From Verrucomicrobiales bacterium (GTDB lineage Bacteria; Verrucomicrobiota; Verrucomicrobiia; Verrucomicrobiales; V1-33), in contig JANOAV010000174.1 of NCBI GenBank assembly GCA_031411295.1, forward strand, positions 27,054 through 91,053: 64,000 bases of DNA. Reading direction: 5' to 3'. Shown here one piece after another: positions 21,493 to 31,321 of this stretch; the first letter of the stretch is position 1, and each line of letters begins with the position of its first letter. The position numbers and the translations under genes were made by a program. The notes under the pieces were generated by a model that saw nothing but the letters and a program-made list of their open reading frames with translations, was not told the origin of the DNA and made no database searches.

Positions 21493-24400
21493 ATGAAAAC
21501 ACATTTTTTAGCAGTCGGACAGCTTGTCCTCGCTCAGTGTGCGTTGGCTGCTCCGGTCTTTACCACCAATGGGAGCGGAGGGTCAGCCACAGACCGATTC
21601 GACATCTCGCAAGGTGCGGCAGTCATACATTCTACGAATCAACATAACGGTGCCGGCGCATCGGATGTGCGCCAAATCTTCGGTCTGCCCAGTGCCGGCG
21701 CGTGGGTGGAGCCGGGCAATGCCATCTTCGCAGATGGCTTTGGCCTTGGGTTCGTGGATACCGTTGATTGGCAAACGCCACAGCCGTTGGATCTGACGAG
21801 CATGGAGCTGCGCCTCTCCCAAGATGGTGCCAGCGCGTTGCGGGGATGCTCTGCCTTCGAACTGCTGGGAAGCGCGGATGGGGTGAATTTCGCCATCCTA
21901 TCAACCGGAACCATTCCCGCCGGGGCATCGGGAAATGCCAACGTGCCCCTGCTGATTAGCGATACGGCACTCACGAATGCCGCTGGCGTGCGCGCCTTCC
22001 GTTTGCAACTCACTCGCCAAACGAATGGTGGGCCGCGCGTGTCCGAATGCGATGCTCAGGGAACCATTTCCACAACTCCAGCGGGCACGTTTCTAGATCG
22101 GTTAGCGTTTAATGCCGCCACCAATACTTACACCGGAAGAGGCGGAGCAGTCTGGGATGATGAGGGGCCGGGATTGGCTGCGGGATTCACGTTCAGTAGC
22201 GCTGTGTTAGGGACGGATACGGTGGAAGATGCTTTTGGTAATAAGAATGGCACGGTGGAGCCAGAGGACTTCATTCTAGGCGATGGTGGAGAACCGGACA
22301 ATGGAGATCAAATAGTGGGCACCGGTGGGGAAATGGTGGATTTCATTCAGTGGCACACCAGCCAGCCGCTAAGCCTGGCAGGCTTCCGAATCGCCCTCTC
22401 GGGAGATGGTGCTTCGGCTAATCGGGATACCGAAATGGTGCAATTTTTGGTGGAAGGCGTGGTGGTGGATTGTTTCGATAACAACGGCTTCGATGGCGTG
22501 GTGACGAGGATGTTTGTTGATGGCGCGATCACAGGGGATGATTTCAGAATTGAGTTCACGCGCACGACATCATCCGGTGGTCGGATTTTCGACATTGATG
22601 CCATCACCGGCCCAGCGGGAAGCCACTCGGGCGGTGTGGTGATCAATGAGGTCTGCGCGGAGAATGACAGTTCTTTGAAAGATGAAGATGGCGATTCGCC
22701 AGACTGGCTGGAACTCTATAACAACAACGACGTGGACGTCGATCTAAGTGGCTGGGGGCTCAGCGATGTCGCCACGAGCCCCCTGAAATGGACGTTCCCC
22801 GCCGGGGCCACGATCCCCGCACGGCGTTATGTCATGATTTTCCTATCAGATAAAAATCGCGCAGTAGTAGGCGCTCCGTGGCACACGAATTTCCAACTCA
22901 AAGCAGCGGGCGAAGCGGTGTTCCTGACGAAGCCAGATCTCACGTTAGCCGATAGCGCGGCAGCCGTGCCTTTGCGGGATGACGTGACTTACGGTCGATT
23001 CCCTAATGGCACGGGAGCCTGGAAATATTTCGTGGCGGCATCGCCTGCTAAAACCAACACGTTGTTTACGGCCTGGGACAGCATCGTCTTCGATAAACCA
23101 CATTTTTCCGTGCCCGGCGGTTTCTATGCGGCCGCCCCAGCGCTGACCCTGAGCACCACCGAAGCGGGTGTGACCATTCGCTATACGCTGGATGGCTCCG
23201 AACCACAGCCCACCTCATCAGAGTTCCTAACACCGCTAGTCATCACCACCAAAGCGGGCCAGCCGAAAGTGCTCTCGCTGATCCAAGGCACGTCCACTCT
23301 CAACCAACATACGGATGGCTGGAAAGCGCCTGTGGGCGAGGTTCGGAAGGCCACGGTGGTGCGCACGCGGGCTTTCCGCATGGGGGCTCCGCCTGGACCT
23401 GTGGGCACGCAAACGTATTTCGTGGGCGCAGATGGACCACGGCCAGATGGCTTGCCCGTGTTGTCGCTCGCCACTGCTCCGAGCGGATTGTTTGATTACA
23501 ACCAAGGCATTTACATGCTAGGAAAAATATTCGATGACTACGTGGCCGCGCATCCTGGCGAAGTGCTCACGGGCCATACTCCGGCAAACTACACGCAACG
23601 TGGCAGCGGTTGGGAGCGGGCGACGCATCTGGAATGGTTCGAGCCATGGCCGGTGAGCGGTCCGCCCGGGGCCCTGGCAGGCGTGCGCGCTTGGGGCGAA
23701 CCCATCGGCATGGACATCCAAGGACAATCCTCCCGATCCTTCCGGCAGAAGAGCTTCGGGGTGAAAGCCCGGGGCACAGCAGGCGTGGACGAGAGCATTG
23801 GCTACAATTTTTTCCCTGGACTAACCAAACGCGGCAATGGCAAGCCCTTGGAGGATTTCCGCCATTTACGACTGCGAAATTACGGCAACGACTGGGACCA
23901 TGCCATGATGCGGGATTCCTTTGCCGCTAGGCTTTGCCGGGACTTGGGCACGGACGTCATGAGTTCCCGGCCCGCTTCCATCTACCTCGATGGCGAATAC
24001 TGGGGCATCCTGGAAATCCGGGAAAATCAAGACGCGCGTTACCTCCAAGCGCACTATGATTTCAACGACAGTGAAGCCGTCATCGTGCAGGGCTCCGGCG
24101 GCTTGGAGCAAGGGATTCCGGGGGATCAAATTCCCTTTACCGACCTGCTCACCTATTGCGCCACGCATGACCTAGCGAATCAAGCCGACTACGACTACGT
24201 GGCGGCCCGCGTGGATGTGCCAGAATGCCTGCGCTATTATCTCAGCGAAATTTATCTAGCCAATGCCGACTGGCCGCAAAATAACATCCGCCTTTGGCGA
24301 CGTCGCTTGCCCGTGAATGATCCCCTGCAAGGCTTGGGGCGGGACGGGCGTTGGCGCTGGTTGATGTTTGATGTGGATCTGGGTTGCGGACATCCATGGA

Positions 24401-25257
24401 GCGCAGGGGTCACGGAAAACACCCTAGCCGTGGCGCTGGCGCCCAATGGCCGATCTTCCGTGCCGCAGTCTTGGGGGACGCAAATCTTACGTTCGTTGTT
24501 AGAAAATCCCGCCGCGCGCAACGAGTTCGTGCAGACTGCGGCCACCTTACTGAACTCACGTTTCAGTGCCACCGCCGCTGTAGCGTTAGTCGATCAAATG
24601 GAAGCGGAACTTCTGCCTGGAATGGAAGAGCACACTAAACGCTGGCAACCCGCCTTTGGCAGCGTGGGAGGCTGGCAAACTCAGGTCAATGTCATCCGCA
24701 CCTTCGCGCAACAACGTGCCACCACCGTGCGCCAACATTTGATCTCTCAATACAGTCTAACAGAAACGAGCCTCACCCTGAACGTCGATAACGCCGCAGC
24801 GCACCGCGGCAGCATCCGCGTCATGGATCATGAGTTCGGCTCATCCGCCCCCGGAGCTGGGAATCCCGTCTTTCCCTGGACTGGCAATTGGTTCACCAAC
24901 CACCCGCTCCGCATCGAAGCCATGGCACGCCCTGGCTGGATATTCACAGGCTGGACGGGGCTCCCAGGAAATGATCCACAGGCCATTCTAACCCTCACCG
25001 CGCCAACCAGCATCACCGCGCATTTCATTGCTGAAAAGCCAGTCATCGACAACGTCGCTATCCTCCCAGCGCAAACGCACGTCCGCCTCCAACTCACAGG
25101 AACCCCCAACGCCCCTTATAAAGTGCAGACCTCTACAGATCTAGCCACATGGGTCGATGCCATTAATTTCACCACTTCCGCCGACGGCACTAGCCAGGTG
25201 GACGTTCCCGTGGCCACTGAGGGAAGGCTCTTCCTGCGCAGTCAAGCCGTCCCGTAG
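21493..25257 (+). CDS. Secreted multidomain CotH-kinase protein (paralog of the upstream PEP-CTERM domain + LTD + Fn3-associated + CotH)
   Basis: VVINEVCAEN..DWLELYN (LTD), IRYTLDGSEP, GQSSR..QKSF, LRLRNYGND, YWGILEIRE, DWPQNN, WRWLMFDVD. Confidence 0.88.
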   Translation: MKTHFLAVGQLVLAQCALAAPVFTTNGSGGSATDRFDISQGAAVIHSTNQHNGAGASDVRQIFGLPSAGAWVEPGNAIFADGFGLGFVDTVDWQTPQPLDLTSMELRLSQDGASALRGCSAFELLGSADGVNFAILSTGTIPAGASGNANVPLLISDTALTNAAGVRAFRLQLTRQTNGGPRVSECDAQGTISTTPAGTFLDRLAFNAATNTYTGRGGAVWDDEGPGLAAGFTFSSAVLGTDTVEDAFGNKNGTVEPEDFILGDGGEPDNGDQIVGTGGEMVDFIQWHTSQPLSLAGFRIALSGDGASANRDTEMVQFLVEGVVVDCFDNNGFDGVVTRMFVDGAITGDDFRIEFTRTTSSGGRIFDIDAITGPAGSHSGGVVINEVCAENDSSLKDEDGDSPDWLELYNNNDVDVDLSGWGLSDVATSPLKWTFPAGATIPARRYVMIFLSDKNRAVVGAPWHTNFQLKAAGEAVFLTKPDLTLADSAAAVPLRDDVTYGRFPNGTGAWKYFVAASPAKTNTLFTAWDSIVFDKPHFSVPGGFYAAAPALTLSTTEAGVTIRYTLDGSEPQPTSSEFLTPLVITTKAGQPKVLSLIQGTSTLNQHTDGWKAPVGEVRKATVVRTRAFRMGAPPGPVGTQTYFVGADGPRPDGLPVLSLATAPSGLFDYNQGIYMLGKIFDDYVAAHPGEVLTGHTPANYTQRGSGWERATHLEWFEPWPVSGPPGALAGVRAWGEPIGMDIQGQSSRSFRQKSFGVKARGTAGVDESIGYNFFPGLTKRGNGKPLEDFRHLRLRNYGNDWDHAMMRDSFAARLCRDLGTDVMSSRPASIYLDGEYWGILEIRENQDARYLQAHYDFNDSEAVIVQGSGGLEQGIPGDQIPFTDLLTYCATHDLANQADYDYVAARVDVPECLRYYLSEIYLANADWPQNNIRLWRRRLPVNDPLQGLGRDGRWRWLMFDVDLGCGHPWSAGVTENTLAVALAPNGRSSVPQSWGTQILRSLLENPAARNEFVQTAATLLNSRFSATAAVALVDQMEAELLPGMEEHTKRWQPAFGSVGGWQTQVNVIRTFAQQRATTVRQHLISQYSLTETSLTLNVDNAAAHRGSIRVMDHEFGSSAPGAGNPVFPWTGNWFTNHPLRIEAMARPGWIFTGWTGLPGNDPQAILTLTAPTSITAHFIAEKPVIDNVAILPAQTHVRLQLTGTPNAPYKVQTSTDLATWVDAINFTTSADGTSQVDVPVATEGRLFLRSQAVP

Positions 25258-25289
25258 GAACTCTTGGAAAAACTACGTTTCCCGTCCTT

Positions 25290-27749
25290 ATGCCGCGCCT
25301 ACTCTGGTTCCTCATCTGCTTCACCTTTGCCTGCAAATGGTGCCTAGCCGAGCGGCCAGCTCCGACGAACCACTGGGCCTATCAGCCAGTGAAGGCCTTT
25401 CCCGTCCCCACGGTGCAGGACTCAAAATGGCCGCTGACAGAGCTGGATCGGTTTTTCCTCGCGTCCATGGAATCGCATGGACTTCATCCGGCGGCGGACG
25501 CTCCTGTGGAGGTGCTTTGCCGTCGGATGTATTTCACTGTGACTGGACTGCCGCCATCGCCAGCGCAAGTGACTGCGTTTGCGGCAGCGGCTGCCAGTCT
25601 AGGATTGGATGCGGCTTTGGCGAAGCTGGTGGATGAATTGCTGGCATCGCCCCATTACGGAGAGAAATGGGCGCAGCACTGGATGGATGTGGTGCGGTAT
25701 GCCGATGGTAAGGGTTCGGAGTATGATTATCCCATCACGGGCGCGTGGCGCTATCGGGATTATTTGGTGCGGGCGTTCAATGCCGACGTGCCTTACGATC
25801 AGTTCCTGCGGGAGCATCTCATGGGCGACCTAATGCCGCCTCGCGTGGTCGAGCAACGCAACGAAAGCCTTCTGGCCACGTGTTGGTGGCACTTGGGCGA
25901 AGCGGTGAATAGTCCGGTCGATGTCGCGAACGACGAAGCGGACCGCATGGAAAGCACCATAGATACGCTGGGAAAGGCGTTCCAAGGGCTGACGCTGTCC
26001 TGTGCCCGCTGCCATGATCACAAAGTGGATCCCGTTTCCACGCGGGATTACTATGCGCTCTACGGTGTGATTGCCGGCAGTCCCACGCGACGCACGTGGG
26101 CCAATGAACCTGCGCTGAAGAGGGTGGCGGATCAACTGCGCGCCAGTCGCGATGCTTACGATGCCTCCCAACCCCGCCCGACTCCCATTCCTTTGCCAGC
26201 CTTGCCTGCGGAGGAAACGGGACGGTCTGTTTCCTTGGCAGATTTCTCGGAGAGACTACCCGCAGGCTGGATGGTGGAAGGGGCCGCGGAGATCATTTCT
26301 GTAAACGATGCCATCTCCCGCGGAGCCTTGCCGGGACTGTGGAGCGGGCATTTATCAAGGAAATTACCCGCGTGGGTGAGGTCGCCAGGATTCACCGTGG
26401 ATCATGATTTCATCGACGTGTTAGCCACAGGTGAGGACAGTATGATTCAGATTGTGATCGACAATTACCTCATCATCAAGAATCCGCTCTACGGCCATCT
26501 GAAGCAGGAAATCAAAAGTCCTGGCGCCTGGCGTTGGCATCGTTTCTCCGTCGGTCGCTGGAAAGGGCAGCGCTGCGTCATCGAGATTCATACCGGCAAG
26601 ACGCATTCGGATTTCAACGTGCTTGGGGTGACTGACACTGACAAAGCGCAGTTCGGCCTGAGAATGGTGCGGCACACGAATGGCGCAGAGTGGCCGCAAC
26701 CAAGCTGGGAGGCTCCGCCGCAAACGATACGCTGGCCAGGAGTCCCGGAGTTGGAAAAGCAGATTCCTCTGGCGGAGCGCTTTCTTGGCGTTAGTGAGAC
26801 GGAGGGTTGGGACATCGCAGTGATGAATCGGGGGGATGCCGCCAAACCATTACCCGGCAAGGTTCCCCGGCAATACCTCGAATTTTTCCCTGCGCTGCAA
26901 CATCCCGTGGCGTCAGGCTCAGGCCGACGCGAATTAGCGGATGCGATCCTCACGGAAGCCAATCCGCTCACGCTGCGCGTCTATGTGAATCGGTTGTGGC
27001 AACACGTCTTCGGGCGTGGGATCGTGACCACGACAGACAATTTTGGTCACTTGGGGAGTCCGCCCAGCCATCCTGAAGTCCTCGATTTCCTAACGCAGCA
27101 ATTCCGCCAGCAACATCACCTGCAAACGAAGTCGGCCCTGCGGGAAATGTTGCTTTCCCGGCTCTGGCGCCAAGCGACCGTCACGCCACCGAGCAGCGAT
27201 CCTGACAACGTCTGGCTCTCGGTGTTTCCGCTGCGAAGGCTCGATGCGGAGTCTATCCGCGATAGCATTCTGGCCGTCTCGGGTGACCTTGATCTCAAGC
27301 TGGGCGGGGAGCCGATCCCGGTTCCGCACCGCATTGTTGGCGAGATGGAACCGCCCAATGGACCCGTGGATGGCCAACGCCGCCGCAGCATTTATCTGGA
27401 ACGCCGCCGCAATTTTCCCCAGCGTTTCCTCAGCATCTTCGACCGTGCTCCCTCCCAAGCCACCAAAGGCACGCGGGATGTTACCAATGTTCCGGCCCAG
27501 TCCCTGGCCTTGCTGAACGATCCTTTCGTGCTCGAACAAGCGCAGCGGTGGGGGCAGCGCCAAATGAAATCGACCAGCAACGTGGATGAACGACTGGCGC
27601 AAATGCATGCGGCCGCACTTGGTAGGGTAGGCGATGCCGCTGAGTTAGTGGCCTTGCGCAGCCTGTTGGGCGATGCCTCGCAGGAAGAATCCTGGACGCT
27701 GGTGGCGCTATCGTTGTTTAATCAAAAGGAGTTTCTCTATGTCCGCTAA
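25290..27749 (+). CDS. DUF1549/DUF1553 (PSCyt2/PSD1) domain protein
   Basis: HWAYQP, LLASPHYGEKWAQHWMDVVRYAD, CARCHDHK, NRLWQHVFGRGIV, RRLDAESIRD, PAQSLALLN. Confidence 0.92.
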   Translation: MPRLLWFLICFTFACKWCLAERPAPTNHWAYQPVKAFPVPTVQDSKWPLTELDRFFLASMESHGLHPAADAPVEVLCRRMYFTVTGLPPSPAQVTAFAAAAASLGLDAALAKLVDELLASPHYGEKWAQHWMDVVRYADGKGSEYDYPITGAWRYRDYLVRAFNADVPYDQFLREHLMGDLMPPRVVEQRNESLLATCWWHLGEAVNSPVDVANDEADRMESTIDTLGKAFQGLTLSCARCHDHKVDPVSTRDYYALYGVIAGSPTRRTWANEPALKRVADQLRASRDAYDASQPRPTPIPLPALPAEETGRSVSLADFSERLPAGWMVEGAAEIISVNDAISRGALPGLWSGHLSRKLPAWVRSPGFTVDHDFIDVLATGEDSMIQIVIDNYLIIKNPLYGHLKQEIKSPGAWRWHRFSVGRWKGQRCVIEIHTGKTHSDFNVLGVTDTDKAQFGLRMVRHTNGAEWPQPSWEAPPQTIRWPGVPELEKQIPLAERFLGVSETEGWDIAVMNRGDAAKPLPGKVPRQYLEFFPALQHPVASGSGRRELADAILTEANPLTLRVYVNRLWQHVFGRGIVTTTDNFGHLGSPPSHPEVLDFLTQQFRQQHHLQTKSALREMLLSRLWRQATVTPPSSDPDNVWLSVFPLRRLDAESIRDSILAVSGDLDLKLGGEPIPVPHRIVGEMEPPNGPVDGQRRRSIYLERRRNFPQRFLSIFDRAPSQATKGTRDVTNVPAQSLALLNDPFVLEQAQRWGQRQMKSTSNVDERLAQMHAAALGRVGDAAELVALRSLLGDASQEESWTLVALSLFNQKEFLYVR

Positions 27750-29130
27750 CCTGCATCTAGCACGATCATTGTCCCGTCGCGATTTCCTCAATCGCACAGC
27801 CATGGGCATTGGCGGCATGGCGGGATTGGCCTTGCAAGCTGGGCTTGGAAACGCTCGCGCGGCGGCTCATAGCAAGCCCCGGGCCAAACGCGTCATTTGG
27901 TTATACATGGACGGTGGGGTGTCGCATCTTGATAGTTTTGACCCCAAGCCGAAGCTGGCGGAACTGGCTGGGAAACCGTTTCCCATGAAGATCGAGGCAA
28001 CGCAGTTTGATAACAACGGCCCTGTCCTCGCCAGTCCCTGGAGCTTTAAGCAGTATGGGCAGACGGGGCTTGCAGTCAGCGAATTGTTTCCCCACATCGC
28101 CACCTGTGCGGATGAGATTTGCCTGCTGCGATCCATGACCAATCCGTCATCGGTCCATGCGGTCGGTAACTTCTGGACGCACACGGGCTGGGGCGTGGCG
28201 GGTCGGCCCAGCGCTGGTGCTTGGATCAGTTATGCGCTCGGATCAGCCAACCAGAATCTGCCGACCTTCGTGGTGCTCAACGGTGGGATGATTCCCATTG
28301 GGGGCATTGAATGTTTCAAAAGTGGCTTCCTGCCGGCGGCCCACAATGCCACGTTGGTGGAGAAAGGCGATCCTGCATTCGACAACGTTGCCCCCGGATT
28401 GGCCTCCCATCAAGCCCGCCTGCTCCAGCATCTGCGCGGCACCGACCGCGCCTTCGCTACCAGCCTGGGCCATCCGGCAAACATCGAGGGTGCCATCGCC
28501 AACTACGAACTGGCCGCTCGTCTGCAAACGGCTGTGCCGGAATTGCTTGATTTCGCAGGCGAAAGTAACGCCACGAAGCAGGCCTACGGACTCGATGCGC
28601 CATTCTCCTTCACGCGCGACTACGCCCGCCAATGCTTGCTCGCACGGCGTTTGGTGGAACGCGACGTGCGTTTCGTGGCCCTGACGATGCCCACGACTCG
28701 CGGCGGAGATCGTTGGGACGCGCATGGTGGACTTAAGATCAACCACGGCCAGAACGCCCTCACCGTGGATCAACCCATCGCAGCCCTGCTCAAAGACCTG
28801 CGGCAGCGTGGATTGTTGGATGATACCTTAGTGGTCTTCGCCACCGAATTCGGTCGCACGCCCTTTACCCAAGGCAGTGATGGACGGGATCACAACCCAT
28901 TCGGCTTCAGCGTCTGGATGGCCGGAGCAGGGCTGCGCCCGGGCACTTACGGCAGCACGGATGAGTTCGGTTACCGGGCGGAAGCGGATCCGCTAACCGT
29001 CCACGATTTCCACGCCACGTTGCTTCATTTGCTGGGCCTGGATCATGAACAACTGACCTACCATCACGGCGGAAGAAATTACCGACTAACTGATGTGGAA
29101 GGAACGGTGGTGCGGGCGGTGCTGGGATGA
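27739..29130 (+). CDS. DUF1501 family protein (Tat-exported)
   Basis: SRRDFL Tat motif, GGVSHLDSFDPKP, CLLARRLVE, EFGRTP, GRDH. Confidence 0.93.
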   Translation: MSANLHLARSLSRRDFLNRTAMGIGGMAGLALQAGLGNARAAAHSKPRAKRVIWLYMDGGVSHLDSFDPKPKLAELAGKPFPMKIEATQFDNNGPVLASPWSFKQYGQTGLAVSELFPHIATCADEICLLRSMTNPSSVHAVGNFWTHTGWGVAGRPSAGAWISYALGSANQNLPTFVVLNGGMIPIGGIECFKSGFLPAAHNATLVEKGDPAFDNVAPGLASHQARLLQHLRGTDRAFATSLGHPANIEGAIANYELAARLQTAVPELLDFAGESNATKQAYGLDAPFSFTRDYARQCLLARRLVERDVRFVALTMPTTRGGDRWDAHGGLKINHGQNALTVDQPIAALLKDLRQRGLLDDTLVVFATEFGRTPFTQGSDGRDHNPFGFSVWMAGAGLRPGTYGSTDEFGYRAEADPLTVHDFHATLLHLLGLDHEQLTYHHGGRNYRLTDVEGTVVRAVLG

Positions 29131-29156
29131 TCGCAATGCGAACGATGACGATGACC

Positions 29157-29475
29157 TCACGGTGCCGCATCCAGTTCCAGGATGATCCAGTCGGGGGCAG
29201 GAATACTTGGGGGGCTTGTGTCATCGCCCGGTTTGCCGGAGCGGTTGGCGGACCAGAGTTTCAGTTTGTGAGTGTCCGTTGCTAAATGATAGTGAATCGG
29301 CTCGCCCGTGACGCGGTCGATTGGTAGTTCCGACTTCAGCGCTGCGAGCTGCGTGGGGTAGGTTTCCTGAGTTAGGAAATACTACAAACAATACGACCAA
29401 CCATCCCACCTTACGGCGGTGGCGCTTCCAAGCGGAAATGTCGGGAGAGGACTGGTCGGTATCTTCAATGGGCAT
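29157..29475 (-). pseudogene. Internally deleted/frameshifted membrane protein with a pseudopilin (GspG-like) C-terminal segment
   Basis: One frame reads MPIED..KRHRRKVGWLVVLFV. A second frame from about 29383 reads YFLTQETYPTQLAALKSELPIDRVTGEPIHY..KLWS..DWII.. to a stop at 29157. Confidence 0.6.
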
Positions 29476-29645
29476 ATCTGAAAATTACAGCAAATATGAT
29501 TATTAGCAAATTCAATCAACGAACCGCGCGACTTGGAATCGGACTATTTCACCATTTAGCTGATTGAAACCGCGCAGATTAGCCGTAGGGGAATGGATGC
29601 GCAGGAATCTTGCGCTTTCCCCCACTTCCTTCAGAACTCGTTCCC

Positions 29646-30473
29646 ATGCCCTCCACCCCCCCTGCAATTCCGATTGGCCCATTGTCATTAGACGGTGAAA
29701 ACCTCATCTTCATTCTCGGCCCCTGCGTCATTGAGTCCGAGCAGTTCGCTTGGGACATGGGGCGGGCAATCAAGAAAATTGCCGATGAGCTGAAGCTAAA
29801 TTTCATCTTCAAGGCGTCCTACGACAAAGCGAATCGGACCTCCATCAGTTCGTATCGTGGATTGGGCGTGAAGGAAGGCTGCCGCATCCTGCATGACATT
29901 GGGAAGGAACTCGGCGTGCCCGTCACCACGGACGTGCATTCCGTGAGCGATGTGGAAGTGGCCGCGGAATACATCGACGTGCTGCAGATCCCAGCGTTCC
30001 TGTGTCGGCAGACCGACTTGATCGTAGCCGCTGCGCAGACGAATCGCGTGGTCAACGTCAAGAAAGGACAATTTCTCGCCCCGTGGGATGTAAAAAACAT
30101 CGCGGACAAAATTGAAGCCTGCGAAAATAAAAAATTCTTTTTTACTGAAAGAGGCACGAGTTTCGGATATAATGCACTCGTGGCAGACATGAGGTCATTG
30201 TATTGGATTCGCGAAGCCGGTTACCGCATCGTTTTCGATGCGACGCATTCCGTTCAGCGGCCTGGTGGATTGGGCGGAACGAGTGGAGGCGATGGTGTGT
30301 TAGCTCCCGTCTTGGCAAGGGCGGCCGTGGCCACCGGATGTGATGGGGTGTTCATGGAGACCCACTTCGACCCGGCCAAGGCGCTCTCCGATGGCCCCAA
30401 CCAGGTCCCGCTCGACCAATTGGCTGGCGTGCTCAAAACGCTCCAAACAATTCATCAAATCGTCCCCCGTTAA
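29646..30473 (+). CDS. kdsA: KDO 8-phosphate synthase
   Basis: GPCVIES, KASYDKANRTS, QIPAFLCRQT, KKGQF, DATHSVQ, SDGP. Confidence 0.97.
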   Translation: MPSTPPAIPIGPLSLDGENLIFILGPCVIESEQFAWDMGRAIKKIADELKLNFIFKASYDKANRTSISSYRGLGVKEGCRILHDIGKELGVPVTTDVHSVSDVEVAAEYIDVLQIPAFLCRQTDLIVAAAQTNRVVNVKKGQFLAPWDVKNIADKIEACENKKFFFTERGTSFGYNALVADMRSLYWIREAGYRIVFDATHSVQRPGGLGGTSGGDGVLAPVLARAAVATGCDGVFMETHFDPAKALSDGPNQVPLDQLAGVLKTLQTIHQIVPR

Positions 30474-30531
30474 TAGTTGCTTTTCCGTCACCCAGCACCA
30501 GATTCAGTCTAGCTTCCACCGTCCAACTCCC

Positions 30532-31203
30532 ATGAAACTCTCCCCAGTTCTGCTGCTGCCGTTGACCATAAGCATGGCGTTGATAAGCACCGCCCAGGAA
30601 GCCAAAACGCTGAGCACGCCAGCTCAGCCCAGCGCGACCAAGCCTACCGCTCCCGCTGCACCAACGACCACTTCTAGCGAGCCCGCCCCCTCCGCCGCGT
30701 CCGCCTCAACCGTGAAGCCCTCCGCGAGAGTCCGTGGCCAAGGATCTCCGATGGATGCCTTGTTCAAGCTGGTGGAAATCGGGCGCACTCACGAAGGGGT
30801 GCGTTATCCCTTGTTTGAAGACGGAATCATGACTTCCATGGTTATCAGCGAACGCATGACCAGACTGGACGACAATTTACTGGAAATGGAAAATGCGGTC
30901 ATCGATCAACGGGCCGACGATCCCATTAAATTTTATCTCCAACGCGCTACTTTCAATCGTCAGACCGATCAACTCCTGAGCAGCCAACCTACCCGCATTG
31001 AAGGCAAAGCCTACGAAATCGAAGGAGATACCATGAGCTACGACCGGAAAAACAACGTCGCGCGCCTGGATGGTCGGGTGCGGATGATTGTTTATGAGAC
31101 CAAGGCCAAGGAGCCTGTCAAGCCTACTGACGGAGTTGCTCCCGCCCCGCCGCCTGCCAGCAGGCCAGCGATCGAAAAAGCTCCAGCCCCTAAAGCAAAA
31201 TGA
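30532..31203 (+). CDS. lptC: LPS export periplasmic protein, LptC-like
   Basis: Lies between kdsA and lptA/lptB; jellyroll-like IEGDTMSYD..RLDGRVRM segment. Confidence 0.65.
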   Translation: MKLSPVLLLPLTISMALISTAQEAKTLSTPAQPSATKPTAPAAPTTTSSEPAPSAASASTVKPSARVRGQGSPMDALFKLVEIGRTHEGVRYPLFEDGIMTSMVISERMTRLDDNLLEMENAVIDQRADDPIKFYLQRATFNRQTDQLLSSQPTRIEGKAYEIEGDTMSYDRKNNVARLDGRVRMIVYETKAKEPVKPTDGVAPAPPPASRPAIEKAPAPKAK

Positions 31204-31321
31204 ACTCAGGGGCAAGACCAACGGTGATCTCGTTTAGCGAAGCAGGATCGCTTCCTGCCGATGGCACCATTAGCACCACACATACACGATCCGTCCCATC
31301 CATTCTCTCATCCCCACCCGC

